A stretch of DNA of 64,000 nucleotides from an uncultured bacterium (GTDB lineage: Bacteria > SAR324 > NAC60-12): assembly GCA_965662845.1 (NCBI GenBank), contig CBFIJD010000010.1, positions 6,506-70,505 on the forward strand. The letters are read 5' to 3'. The position numbers and the translations under genes were made by a program. The notes below the pieces were generated by a model. The model worked only from the letters and a program-made list of their open reading frames with translations. It was not told the DNA's origin and searched no databases. This document shows, piece after piece, positions 50,376 to 60,509 of the stretch. The number at the start of each line of letters is the position of its first letter. Position 1 is the first letter of the stretch.

Positions 50376-52283
50376 ATGACCAAAACGATCTACTGCACCA
50401 CACCGATTTATTACGTCAACAGCAACCCGCACATCGGCCACGCTTACACCACCATCGTCACAGATGCGATCATTCGCTTCCGACGTTTGTTTGGGGAGGA
50501 CGCTTATTTTCTGACAGGGACCGATGAGCACGGCCAGAAGATCGCGGAGTCTGCCGCCCAAGCAGGCCTCGAACCACAAGCGTTTGTTGATGTGATGACG
50601 CAGAAGTTCAAGGAGATGTGGCCAGAGTTGCACATTGAACCCGACCAATTCATTCGCACAACCGAAGAACGCCACAAAACCGCTGTCCAGCAGGTGCTCC
50701 AGCAAATCTATGACAAGGGCGAAATTTTTCTGGAAGAGTACGACGGATTTTATTGCGTAGGCTGCGAAGAGTTTTTGAACGAGAGCGAATTGGTCGAAGG
50801 GAACTGCCCGGTGCATCAGAAAGCGCCGGAGTATCGCAAAGAGCAAAACTACTTCTTTCGCATGAGCGCCTATCAAGATTGGCTCATTCAGCACTTACAG
50901 GACAACCCAGAGTGGATTTACCCCGCACGCTATCGCAACGAAGTCCTCAAATTTTTGGACAATCCGCTGCAAGACTTGTGTATCTCGCGTCCCAAATCTC
51001 GTCTCACCTGGGGCATCGAGCTCCCGTTCGATAGCAACTTTGTGACCTATGTCTGGTTTGACGCGCTCTTGAACTACGCGACGGCCTTAGATTTTCCCGA
51101 CGGAGAGCTGTTCAAACGCTACTGGCCCGCCGTTCACCACATCGTGGGCAAAGACATTCTCAAAACCCACGCGATCTATTGGCCGTGTATGCTCAAGGCC
51201 GCAGGCATGGCCCCTTTCTCACGTCTGATTGTGCACGGTCACTGGGTGAGCGCTGGCTCCAAAATGAGCAAAACCCTGGGGAATGTGGTTGATCCTCTCG
51301 CTATGAAGTCGCGGCTGGGAGTTGATGGTTTGCGCTACTTTCTCGTGCGCGACATGAGCTTTGGAGAAGACGCGAACTTCACGGAAGAGTTGGCGATCTC
51401 TCGCTATAACGCGGACTTGGCAAACAACTTGGGCAACCTGCTCAACCGTAGCATCAACATGAGCCGCAGCAACTTCGACGGCACCGTCCCCCCGCTTGGG
51501 GAGTTGAGCACCGATGAAGAACTCTTGCGGCAACAATTCACACAAGGCATTGAGCAAGTTCGCGCTTACGTGCAGCAGTTCTATCTCCACAAAGGCTTGG
51601 AACACATTGCGTGGCTGGGTAGCCAGGTGAACACTTATCTGCAAAACCAAGCGCCGTGGAAGCTTGCGAAACAACCCGACCAGCGAGAACGTCTCGGCAC
51701 CGTTTTGCACACCGCGCTCGACATGACGCGCATTCTCGTCGGGCTGTTGTCGCCCGTCATGCCTGAAAAAATGAAGCAAGCAGCGCAAGGCTTAGGGCTA
51801 TCACAAGTCCCCCAATTAGAAGATTTGCGCCTCGATGGCCTGACCGCAGGGACGACGCTCCCGGCCCCCGTACCCCTCTTTCCCAAGTTGCAGCCGCCTC
51901 AACCAGCCCTCCCCCTCCAAGAATCCCCTCCTGTGCAAGCAGAGCCTGCAGATGCTCTGCACATCTCCATTGATGAGTTTGACAAAGTGGTAATTAAGGT
52001 CGGAGAAATCAAACGCTGTGAGCCCGTCCCCAAATCGGACAAGCTTTTGCAGTCTTATGTCGATTTAGGGGAGGCTGAGCTGCGCTCGATTGTGTCAGGC
52101 GTCGCCAACCGGTTTTCTCCGCACGAGATGCTGGGCAAACGCGTCCTCGTGGTGAGCAACCTCAAGCCAACTAAACTACGCGGCGTCTTGTCAGAGGGCA
52201 TGATTCTGTTTGCTGAATCAGAGCGTGGGTTTGAGTTTGTGACGGTTCCTGAAAGCGCCGCTTTGGGCTCGATTGTGCGCTGA
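50376..52283 (+). CDS. metG: Methionine--tRNA ligase
   Basis: TTPIYYVN..PHIGH, YVWFDAL, KMSKT, C-terminal tRNA-binding OB domain. Confidence 0.98.
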   Translation: MTKTIYCTTPIYYVNSNPHIGHAYTTIVTDAIIRFRRLFGEDAYFLTGTDEHGQKIAESAAQAGLEPQAFVDVMTQKFKEMWPELHIEPDQFIRTTEERHKTAVQQVLQQIYDKGEIFLEEYDGFYCVGCEEFLNESELVEGNCPVHQKAPEYRKEQNYFFRMSAYQDWLIQHLQDNPEWIYPARYRNEVLKFLDNPLQDLCISRPKSRLTWGIELPFDSNFVTYVWFDALLNYATALDFPDGELFKRYWPAVHHIVGKDILKTHAIYWPCMLKAAGMAPFSRLIVHGHWVSAGSKMSKTLGNVVDPLAMKSRLGVDGLRYFLVRDMSFGEDANFTEELAISRYNADLANNLGNLLNRSINMSRSNFDGTVPPLGELSTDEELLRQQFTQGIEQVRAYVQQFYLHKGLEHIAWLGSQVNTYLQNQAPWKLAKQPDQRERLGTVLHTALDMTRILVGLLSPVMPEKMKQAAQGLGLSQVPQLEDLRLDGLTAGTTLPAPVPLFPKLQPPQPALPLQESPPVQAEPADALHISIDEFDKVVIKVGEIKRCEPVPKSDKLLQSYVDLGEAELRSIVSGVANRFSPHEMLGKRVLVVSNLKPTKLRGVLSEGMILFAESERGFEFVTVPESAALGSIVR

Positions 52284-52383
52284 AACGCTTTTTTGCGTCT
52301 CTTGCATTTGCATTGACAAAGCCCCGACCCAGTGAAATACTTCACGTGATTTTTGCCACATTTTAGTCACCCTGCGAGACCTT

Positions 52384-52737
52384 ATGCGCGAGTACCTCCC
52401 CATTCTAATCATGATCCTGATTGGCATCGGTCTCGCCGGTGTGTTCACCGCCATTAGCATGGTGTTTGGCCCCAAACTACGCGGTGAAGTGAAAGACACT
52501 CCCTTCGAGTCAGGCTTTCTTCGATCGGGTACAGAAGGGCAGCGCTACGACGTCAAATTTTACATGACGGCGCTAGTCTTCTTGGTCTTCGACGTAGAGG
52601 TGGTCTTCCTCTATCCGTGGGCCGTTCAAGTGCGTGAGCTCGGCTGGCCCGGTTTAATCTCCGCCCTCATCTTCATCTCCATTCTCGTGCTCGGACTCGT
52701 TTACGATTGGAAAAAAGGCGCGTTGGAATGGGAATAA
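52384..52737 (+). CDS. nuoA: NADH-quinone oxidoreductase subunit A
   Basis: [27 protein letters not shown]. Confidence 0.96.
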   Translation: MREYLPILIMILIGIGLAGVFTAISMVFGPKLRGEVKDTPFESGFLRSGTEGQRYDVKFYMTALVFLVFDVEVVFLYPWAVQVRELGWPGLISALIFISILVLGLVYDWKKGALEWE

Positions 52738-52765
52738 TCGACTGATTTCTCCAGAAGAGACCCGC

Positions 52766-53467
52766 ATGCAATCTGCTCACTACGGCGACTTTCTCACGAC
52801 CAAATTCGACAACGCAGTCAACTGGGCCCGTAAGTTTTCCCTGTTCCAATACCCCTTTGTGACCGCTTGCTGCGGCATGGAATACATGTCCGCGTCCTGC
52901 TCGCATTACGACATCTCTCGCTTCGGCGCCGAAATTCCTCGCTTCTCTCCTCGGCAGTCCGATGTGCTTTGGGTCGTGGGCACAATCACTCACAAAATGA
53001 CCCCCATCTTGCGCACTGTCTATGACCAGATGGCAGAGCCCAAGTGGGTTATCGCATTCGGCGCCTGCGCTTCTTCTGGAGGGTTCTACCAAAACTACTC
53101 GGTTCTGCAGGGCATTGACCGCATCATTCCCGTTGACGTCTACATTGCTGGCTGCCCGCCTCGGCCTGAAGCCGTCTTGGATGGCTTGCTGGAGCTGCAA
53201 AACCGCATCCAAAACGATGGCCCAAGCGCCGCACAAAGCACGATCAACCCCACTGCAATTACTCACAAAGAACAGAAGAAGATCCAGCTCAGCCGTTTCT
53301 TGGAGCTACCCGCCGAAGACGTCGTAGAAAACGTCCAGAACCCAAAGAGTAATCGCTCCGCTAAGCCGGGCTACGAATATTCTAAGGAATACATCGTGAC
53401 CGACGCGCAGCTTGGCTACGACAGCCCCAAAGGCCGCCGCGACAAAGACAACCTTCAAGCTCCTTGA
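52766..53467 (+). CDS. nuoB: NADH-quinone oxidoreductase subunit B
   Basis: [27 protein letters not shown]. Confidence 0.96.
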   Translation: MQSAHYGDFLTTKFDNAVNWARKFSLFQYPFVTACCGMEYMSASCSHYDISRFGAEIPRFSPRQSDVLWVVGTITHKMTPILRTVYDQMAEPKWVIAFGACASSGGFYQNYSVLQGIDRIIPVDVYIAGCPPRPEAVLDGLLELQNRIQNDGPSAAQSTINPTAITHKEQKKIQLSRFLELPAEDVVENVQNPKSNRSAKPGYEYSKEYIVTDAQLGYDSPKGRRDKDNLQAP

Positions 53468-53472
53468 CCTCC

Positions 53473-54039
53473 ATGTCTAACGCCACTGAAAATGCGACCA
53501 CAGAGACCTCTGTAGGTGAGGCAACCCAGCTAATTCAAAGCGAATATCCAAACGCAATTTTGCGCACTCACCAGCACCGTGGAGACGAAACCATCGTCTT
53601 ACACCGTAAATTTATCGTCCCCGTCTGTCGCTTGCTGCGGGATCATCCCAGCTGCCGCTTCGAATTTTTTGTCGACTTGACCGCTGTGGACTATCTCTTG
53701 GTGGAGGCCGACATGCAGAATGAGGAGCGCTTCGAGGTTGTGTATCACTTCCGCTCTCTCAGCCAAGACAAGCGCCTGCGAGTGAAGTGTCCAGTCCCAG
53801 AGAACGACTGTAGTATCGACTCCATTCACTCGCTGTGGCACGCCGTCAATTGGTACGAGCGCGAGTGCTTTGATATGTACGGCATTCATTTCAAGGGGCA
53901 CCCCAACCTCACGCGCATCTTGATGTACGATCAGTTTGAAGGGCACCCGCTACGCAAAGATTATCCCGTCGATAAGCAACAGCCTTTGATGGAATTGAAC
54001 GACGTCCCAGAACGCCACCACTACGGAAGGTTCGAATGA
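53473..54039 (+). CDS. nuoC: NADH-quinone oxidoreductase subunit C
   Basis: DLTAVDY, RFEVVY, WYERECFDMYG, GHPLRKDYP. Confidence 0.95.
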   Translation: MSNATENATTETSVGEATQLIQSEYPNAILRTHQHRGDETIVLHRKFIVPVCRLLRDHPSCRFEFFVDLTAVDYLLVEADMQNEERFEVVYHFRSLSQDKRLRVKCPVPENDCSIDSIHSLWHAVNWYERECFDMYGIHFKGHPNLTRILMYDQFEGHPLRKDYPVDKQQPLMELNDVPERHHYGRFE

Positions 54040-55292
54040 GTACCGCAATCACGGAAATCGCGCGCGAAGAGTTGAAGCCGATGCACCTGCCTGGGGCGAT
54101 TGTTCCTGCGCCACCGAGCGATTCTGACACCAACATCATGAGCATCGAAATCGGCCCCGCCCACCCGGCGATGCACGGCATTGTTCGGCTCACCACTTAC
54201 TTAGATGGTGAACAAATCGTGGGCATGGTCCCCGAGATTGGCTACCTGCATCGGGGCTTTGAAAAAGAATCCGAGCAGTCCAAATGGATCCAAGTGGTTC
54301 CTTACACAGACCGCTTAAACTATGTCTCTCCCATCCTCAACAACGTGGGCTATTCCCTCGCCGTAGAGAAATTGTTTGGCGTAGAGATTCCCCGGCGTGC
54401 CCAGTTTGCGCGAGTGATCATGGGCGAAATCACACGCCTCACCGACCATTTGACCTGCCTCGCGGCCTGCGCCATGGAGGTTGGAGGATTTACCTTCTTC
54501 CTCTGGTTCATCAAAGCCCGCGAATACCTCTACGAATTGATCGAACAGGTGAGCGGCGGACGCGTCACCACCAACTGGACCCGCTTCGGTGGAAACGCGA
54601 CCGACTTTCCAGACGGATTCTTAGACGAAATCACGGTTCGCCTCGAAAAAACGAAGGAAGTGATTGACGAAGGCGACACGCTTGTCACGAAAAACAAGAT
54701 CTTCATCGATCGGATGAAAGACATCGGAGTGCTCTCTAAAGAAAAGGCGATCTCCTACGGTTTCACCGGACCGCTGCTGCGGGCTTGCGGAGTCCCCTAC
54801 GATGTGCGGCGCGCTGATCCTTATCTCGTATATGATGAGCTAGACTTCGAAATCCCGATTGGCTCCGTTGGTGACTCTTACGACCGCTTCTTGATTCGCA
54901 TGGAAGAAATGCGGCAGAGCATCTCCATCATTGAACAAGCGATTGACAAGATCCCCTACGGCCCCGTGATGACACATGAGCGCTACCTAGGCTATCCTGA
55001 CAAAAAAGATGTCTATGGAAGCATCGAAGGCCTGATTGACCACTTTAAAATGGTGATGGAAGGCCACAACCCGCCTGCTGGCGAAGTCTATATGCCTACA
55101 GAAGGTGGAAATGGCGAAGTTGGCTTTTACCTTGTCTCCGACGGTAGTGGCGACCCTGTCAAATGTCGCGTCCGCCCGCCCTGCTTCAACTATGTGCAAG
55201 CTCTCCCCGAGATGGTACTCGGCCATTACGTGGCTGATATCATCGCAGTCTTTGGCTCGATCAACATGATCGGCGGCGAACTCGACCGCTAA
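54036..55292 (+). CDS. nuoD: NADH-quinone oxidoreductase subunit D
   Basis: GPAHPAMHG, GYLHRGFEK, DRLNY, C-terminal GELDR. Confidence 0.96.
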   Translation: MSTAITEIAREELKPMHLPGAIVPAPPSDSDTNIMSIEIGPAHPAMHGIVRLTTYLDGEQIVGMVPEIGYLHRGFEKESEQSKWIQVVPYTDRLNYVSPILNNVGYSLAVEKLFGVEIPRRAQFARVIMGEITRLTDHLTCLAACAMEVGGFTFFLWFIKAREYLYELIEQVSGGRVTTNWTRFGGNATDFPDGFLDEITVRLEKTKEVIDEGDTLVTKNKIFIDRMKDIGVLSKEKAISYGFTGPLLRACGVPYDVRRADPYLVYDELDFEIPIGSVGDSYDRFLIRMEEMRQSISIIEQAIDKIPYGPVMTHERYLGYPDKKDVYGSIEGLIDHFKMVMEGHNPPAGEVYMPTEGGNGEVGFYLVSDGSGDPVKCRVRPPCFNYVQALPEMVLGHYVADIIAVFGSINMIGGELDR

Positions 55293-55310
55293 CCCCCACG
55301 CAGAAAACTC

Positions 55311-56381
55311 ATGGAACTGCTACTGGAATTTTTGTCGCTGCCGCTCGTGCAAGACATCCTGAAGATCTTGGTGATGCTCCTGCTCTTTGCCCTTCCGCTC
55401 GGGACGGTCATGACGCTCATGGAGCGCAAGTGGAGTGCCTTGACTCAAGACCGGATTGGCCCCAACCGCGCCAATATTGGCAACTTCACCGGCGGTGGCG
55501 CCCTGCACATCGCGGCGGACGGGCTGAAGTCCATCTTTAAAGAAGACTTGATCCCACGTGGAGCCGATACGTTTCTTTACACGCTCGCTCCGTTCTTCAG
55601 CTTCGTCTCTGCTGTCGCGGTCTTCGCGATCATCCCCATCGCAGGCCCCATTGGAGACTTCAAATTTCAAGTTACCGACGTACAACCGGGCCTCCTGTTC
55701 ATCTTCGCGATCACCTCACTTGGCGTCTATGGCGCCGTACTCGCAGGCACGAGCTCGAACAGCAAGTTTGCGCTCTTTGGTGGAACCCGCGCGTCCGCAC
55801 AGATGATCTCCTACGAAGTGTTCCTTGGGCTCTCTCTGATGGGACTCTTTATGGTTTATGGTTCGACGCAAGTCAGCACCATTGTAGAGCACCAAGGAGA
55901 GCACTGGTTCGGCGTGATTCCGCAGTGGGGGATTTTCACACAGCCCTTGGGCTTCGTGCTCTTTTTCACAGCTCTCATCGCAGAGACCAAGCGCGCCCCT
56001 TTCGACGCACCGGAAGGGGAATCTGAGATTGTTGCCGGCTACTTCGTGGAATACTCTGGCATGCGCTGGTCGTCCTTCATGCTTGCCGAATATGTCGCCG
56101 TAGTCGGAGTTGCCGCGTTGATGACCACTCTGTTTTTCGGAGGCTACCAAGTCCCTTGGTTGCATCATTGGGAGTCGGCCCCTCAATGGATAGTGACACT
56201 CCTTCAAATCGGCAAATTCTCGATCTTCACGCTGTTCCTCTGCTGGTTCCAGATCCAGATTCGTTGGACACTTCCCAAGTTTCGTTTTGATCAAACCATG
56301 GCGCTCGGCTGGAAAAAGCTGCTGCCCATCGCCCTATTGAACACTGTGGTCACCGCCATCATCATCGTGGCTCTCGCTTAA
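55311..56381 (+). CDS. nuoH: NADH-quinone oxidoreductase subunit H
   Basis: ERK..Q.RIGPN, ADGLK, AQMISYE, AETKRAPFD.PEGESE. Confidence 0.96.
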   Translation: MELLLEFLSLPLVQDILKILVMLLLFALPLGTVMTLMERKWSALTQDRIGPNRANIGNFTGGGALHIAADGLKSIFKEDLIPRGADTFLYTLAPFFSFVSAVAVFAIIPIAGPIGDFKFQVTDVQPGLLFIFAITSLGVYGAVLAGTSSNSKFALFGGTRASAQMISYEVFLGLSLMGLFMVYGSTQVSTIVEHQGEHWFGVIPQWGIFTQPLGFVLFFTALIAETKRAPFDAPEGESEIVAGYFVEYSGMRWSSFMLAEYVAVVGVAALMTTLFFGGYQVPWLHHWESAPQWIVTLLQIGKFSIFTLFLCWFQIQIRWTLPKFRFDQTMALGWKKLLPIALLNTVVTAIIIVALA

Positions 56382-56401
56382 CCTCCCATTCCTGAAGATC
56401 T

Positions 56402-56980
56402 ATGAAACTGAAAGTTAAACAAGTTGATCGTTCCGAAGGATTGAAAGAAGCGCTCTATCTGCCTGGCATTGCTGCGGGTCTCAAGCTGACTGTGCGCCAC
56501 TTTGTGCGCAATTTCGTCGGCAAGAAAGACGTGGTCACGATCAACTACCCCGAAGAAACTCGACCCGTGTCGCCCCGTTGGCGTGGACGTCACCGCCTCA
56601 CCCGCCGGGAAGATGGCTTCCTCAAATGCGTCGCCTGCTACATGTGTGAGACGGTCTGCCCCGCGAAATGTATTCATATCGAAGCCGGTGAACACCCCGA
56701 TATGTCGGTCGAAAAATATCCCGCAAAGTTCGACATTGACGAACTCCGCTGCGTCTTCTGCGGACTCTGTGTCGAAGCCTGCCCCAAGCAAGCCATCCGC
56801 ATGGACACCGGCGTCATTGGCATGGCCTATCACAACCGTGAGTCCTTCGACTTCACGCGAGACCTGCTCCGCGACGCCTATACACCTAACGAGAAGACCA
56901 AATATACCGACGCTGACTTGCCACAACCCGAGTCACAGCGTGACGCGCTCCCCAACTCCATTGGTATCCCATCTCCCTGA
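56402..56980 (+). CDS. nuoI: NADH-quinone oxidoreductase subunit I
   Basis: TINYPEE, two CxxCxxCxxxCP ferredoxin motifs. Confidence 0.95.
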   Translation: MKLKVKQVDRSEGLKEALYLPGIAAGLKLTVRHFVRNFVGKKDVVTINYPEETRPVSPRWRGRHRLTRREDGFLKCVACYMCETVCPAKCIHIEAGEHPDMSVEKYPAKFDIDELRCVFCGLCVEACPKQAIRMDTGVIGMAYHNRESFDFTRDLLRDAYTPNEKTKYTDADLPQPESQRDALPNSIGIPSP

Positions 56981-56989
56981 TCGCCTGCC

Positions 56990-58597
56990 TTGCTAACACA
57001 CGAAACCTTCACCGCTAAGGAGCAAGCCCTGCTTGCTCCATTCGTCACCAACACAGATCGCTCCGTTTTTGTCCTCACCCAACTCCCCGAAGTCATCAAA
57101 GGCGCCCTGTTCTCGCGCTACTCGCGCTCCACGCTGGGCCTGCGCACGCTCTTACTCAAAGACTTCTTACAAAATGAAGCCTCCGGCTTTACGCAGATTC
57201 CTACCGAGGACGAGGATCAACGACTCGCGATCCAAAAGGCTCAGGACTTTTACGACCGAATCTTAGACGGATATGGCGATGACTCAATTGGGGAACTCGG
57301 CGGAGCACATCTTGCGCTCGAGAACGTCTCTATGTTAGCGACGAAGGTGTTAGAAGACGCCCGAATCGGAGGGTCTCCCCTTGAGAAATCCACCCGCTAT
57401 GTGAGCTTTGCGCAACAAGTCAATGGCGACTATCTCTTCTTCAAAGAGCCCCGCCTGCTCGCTTCTGAACACGCCGAACGTTATTTGGAAATCAACCGCC
57501 ACCTCTTTCGCACGTATGCGGAGTTGATCGAACCGCTACGAGAGCATGTGCGCCACACGATGCCTCGCGAAGCTGACCAACCCGAAGCCGCCTACGAGCG
57601 CTCTGTTCGTGCCCAAACCTTCGACTTACTGCGAGGCTTGCTCCCCGCGTCGACTCTGACCAACATGGGGATCTTTGGAAATGGACGCTTTTTTGAGTCG
57701 TTACTGACGCGCCTGCGCTGTGAGTCTCTATTTGAAATGCAGGCGCTCGCAGAGGTCTCTTATGAAGAGTTGGCCAAAGTAATCCCTTCTTTTGTTCGGC
57801 GAGCTGAGAGTTCGCACCGACATTTTCAAAGTCAAGAGCAGTTCCACACCAAGCAACAGCAGCGCTTGCAGCATTGGGCCTCCACCCTCGCAACGCATAC
57901 GCCCGACGCCCCTTCCCACGCCCAAGTCACCTTGAGCCACTGGGATCCTGACGCTGAGAACAAAATTTTTGCAGCGTTGCTATACCAGCACAGCGAACTC
58001 TCTCTCGCGCGTGCTTTGGAGATGACGCGCAGCATGAGCACGCCCCAACGGGATGAATTGCTGCGCGACCTGTGTGCAATGCGCGAGCACCGCAGACACA
58101 AACCTGGGCGAGCTTTCGAGCAGGCTTTCTTCACATTTGACGTGGTTGGGGACTACGGCGCATACCGAGACCTGCAGCGTCATCGCATGCTGACCCAAAC
58201 ACGGCAGCGGCTCACGACACGACTAGGTTTTCATTTTCCAGAAGAGTTCAAACAGGCGGGACAAGGAGAGAAGTACGCAGACTGTATGCAACGCGCCGCA
58301 GATAGTTTTGAGTTTCTTCAACGGGACTTTCCGCAAGAAGCACAATATGTCGTCCCGATGGCCTACCACATTCGCTGGTCGATCACGATCAACCTACGCG
58401 CGCTGATGTGGTTAGTCGAATTACGGACGACCCCGCAGGGCCACGAGAGTTATCGCTGGATCGCGCAAGAAATGTTTCGTAGGGTCCAAGAGGTGCAGCC
58501 TCGGCTGGCTCAACTCATGAAATTTGTTGACTTAGATCGCTATTCCTTGGGCCGAATTGCCGCAGAGACACGCCAAGAGAACAAGAGCGGGAGTTAG
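56990..58597 (+). CDS. thyX: FAD-dependent thymidylate synthase, long two-domain type
   Basis: ALFSRYSRS, GDDSIGELG, EKSTRY, RDLQRHR, NLRAL...ELR. Confidence 0.88.
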   Translation: MLTHETFTAKEQALLAPFVTNTDRSVFVLTQLPEVIKGALFSRYSRSTLGLRTLLLKDFLQNEASGFTQIPTEDEDQRLAIQKAQDFYDRILDGYGDDSIGELGGAHLALENVSMLATKVLEDARIGGSPLEKSTRYVSFAQQVNGDYLFFKEPRLLASEHAERYLEINRHLFRTYAELIEPLREHVRHTMPREADQPEAAYERSVRAQTFDLLRGLLPASTLTNMGIFGNGRFFESLLTRLRCESLFEMQALAEVSYEELAKVIPSFVRRAESSHRHFQSQEQFHTKQQQRLQHWASTLATHTPDAPSHAQVTLSHWDPDAENKIFAALLYQHSELSLARALEMTRSMSTPQRDELLRDLCAMREHRRHKPGRAFEQAFFTFDVVGDYGAYRDLQRHRMLTQTRQRLTTRLGFHFPEEFKQAGQGEKYADCMQRAADSFEFLQRDFPQEAQYVVPMAYHIRWSITINLRALMWLVELRTTPQGHESYRWIAQEMFRRVQEVQPRLAQLMKFVDLDRYSLGRIAAETRQENKSGS

Positions 58598-59223
58598 CGG
58601 GCGTTGCTCTCTGTGGCGCGCAAGACCTGCACCGAAATCAGCGCAGGTTGCACTCCCAGAATCTTCTCGATTTCGGCAGAGCAGCGCCCTTCAATGCCTG
58701 GGTGCCGGATTCCTTTCTGCTCCTGCGACAGATATTCCTCAACCCATTCCTGCCACAACGTCACCTCCAACGTCATCTTATCGAGCAAATGAAAGCGGTC
58801 GTGATTCCGTCCCCAGTTTTCGATTTGCACTTCGACGTAGTACTTGCGATCTTCCGGCGCATCAAACTTGACCTCTTCTTCGGGCACCAAATCGGCGACG
58901 TTTCGCGGTTTGGCCTCTGGCTGGTTCCAGCCCAAGCGCTGCACCACGTCGGCATAGGTCTCCTGCAGCAACAACGGGTTCATCGGCTCCTCTGTTGGAT
59001 CAGCCAACGTCGCGTCAAGGAGGTCTGTCTGCAAAATGGAGGTCTGCTGGAACACATACTTCATCTCCGCGCAAAGTGCCTGCAAGTAGCTCAGCGTCAA
59101 ATCATCCAGCTGTTTCAGTGCTCGACGCTTTTCGGTCGGGTGTTCCAGTTTGGGAATTTCAACGTACAATTTATCAATAGACCGCTTCAGTCGGTTGCGG
59201 TTTAAGTCATCTGATAACGGCAT
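58594..59223 (-). CDS. Hypothetical protein
   Basis: ORF from ATG 59223 with GGAG RBS. Confidence 0.7.
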   Translation of the reverse strand: MPLSDDLNRNRLKRSIDKLYVEIPKLEHPTEKRRALKQLDDLTLSYLQALCAEMKYVFQQTSILQTDLLDATLADPTEEPMNPLLLQETYADVVQRLGWNQPEAKPRNVADLVPEEEVKFDAPEDRKYYVEVQIENWGRNHDRFHLLDKMTLEVTLWQEWVEEYLSQEQKGIRHPGIEGRCSAEIEKILGVQPALISVQVLRATESNAR

Positions 59224-59294
59224 GATCTCCGCCTGCTTGGGCTGATTGATCGTCGAACTTGAGGGGAATCTCCCCTCCTTCAACGAAGGAACGA

Positions 59295-60293
59295 ATGCGA
59301 AAGAAATGGTCTGGCGTCGTTGGACGCGTCATCTGTGGGTTTTGGTTGACTTGGCTAGGGGCTGCCGGCGCTCTGGCAGCACAAGAATATACGGTCGCGG
59401 CTTTTGAAGTCCGTGGACAGGTCAAAGCCCCGAGCGGTGTCTCGCTTCCCGCCGAAGGGCTTGACGTCGTGCTGATCAAGTTTGTGCTCTCGGAGAGCGG
59501 CGATGTCACCCCAGCTGGACCACAGGCCCGCACCCAAACCGACGCAGAAGGCAACTTCGTGTTTGTGAATCCTCCTCGCGACGCCCGCGCTGGCTATCGT
59601 CTGGGAACGCGCTTTGGCGACAATCTGTACAGTTCAGACGTTTTCTTCATGCGCGCCGAACAACAGCGGATCGTCGTGAATATCGACCTCCCTGGTCAAA
59701 GTTTTGACACGTCTCAATTGACGTTCACGCAGTCGTCTCTCTTTTTTGAGTCCAACATCGGCGCTCTGATCATCACGGAGGTCATCAGCATTGAGAACGC
59801 CTCTACAGACAACGTGCTCACCACGCAGACTCCGCTCAGCATGACGTTGCCCGCCGGACACGAACAATTTCAGGTCTTAGAAGAAGCCCCTGAAAACTAC
59901 CGCAAAGAGGGCAACACGTTGCGCTGGACGCGGCTCTTTGCTCCAGGGAACAACCAGCTCATTTTTCAGTATGTCCTCCCCGTGACGTTTGGCAGTCTGG
60001 ATTTCTCTAAGACGTTCAGCCACTCGCTGGATCGCGTCAGTGTCTTTACCCCCAAAAACCGCCTAGAGCTCAGCTCTCCCCAGCTCACTTTTCAAGGGAC
60101 GCAAGACCTGAGCGGGACGGAGTTTCTCGCTTGGCAAGCACAAGCTGGAGACGCCCCGGAGCTAGCCATTCAAATCACAGGAGTGCCTGTGGACTCGCTC
60201 AATTACATTTTCATCGGAGTCGCGGTCTTTCTAGCGCTCTGTGGAGCGACAGCGTACTTTTTCTGGAATCGGCTGCCGCGCCATGTTGGCTAA
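59295..60293 (+). CDS. Exported beta-rich protein with C-terminal membrane anchor (carboxypeptidase-regulatory-like N-domain)
   Basis: AAGGA RBS, signal peptide ending ALAA, TDAEGNFVF motif, C-terminal TM. Confidence 0.75.
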   Translation: MRKKWSGVVGRVICGFWLTWLGAAGALAAQEYTVAAFEVRGQVKAPSGVSLPAEGLDVVLIKFVLSESGDVTPAGPQARTQTDAEGNFVFVNPPRDARAGYRLGTRFGDNLYSSDVFFMRAEQQRIVVNIDLPGQSFDTSQLTFTQSSLFFESNIGALIITEVISIENASTDNVLTTQTPLSMTLPAGHEQFQVLEEAPENYRKEGNTLRWTRLFAPGNNQLIFQYVLPVTFGSLDFSKTFSHSLDRVSVFTPKNRLELSSPQLTFQGTQDLSGTEFLAWQAQAGDAPELAIQITGVPVDSLNYIFIGVAVFLALCGATAYFFWNRLPRHVG

Positions 60294-60487
60294 TAGTGCT
60301 GGAACAAGTTCTGGGTCGGGTGACAAGCCCGATAGATGCGCCGCAGTTCTCTAGGATCTGCGTCTGACATCGCCTCCTGATAAGGCTGCTGATAGAACTT
60401 TTCAACCATCTTACGAAAGCGCAGCGCGCTGGTGTGACTGTCAAAAACAAAGCTCATAGGAAACTCCTGCTGAGGGTTCACATTCAT
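60290..60487 (-). CDS. Small hypothetical protein (65 aa)
   Basis: Strong GGAGGAG RBS before ATG 60487; fills the intergenic gap. Confidence 0.6.
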   Translation of the reverse strand: MNVNPQQEFPMSFVFDSHTSALRFRKMVEKFYQQPYQEAMSDADPRELRRIYRACHPTQNLFQHY

Positions 60488-60509
60488 TTCTCCTCCTTCC
60501 TCAAAAACT

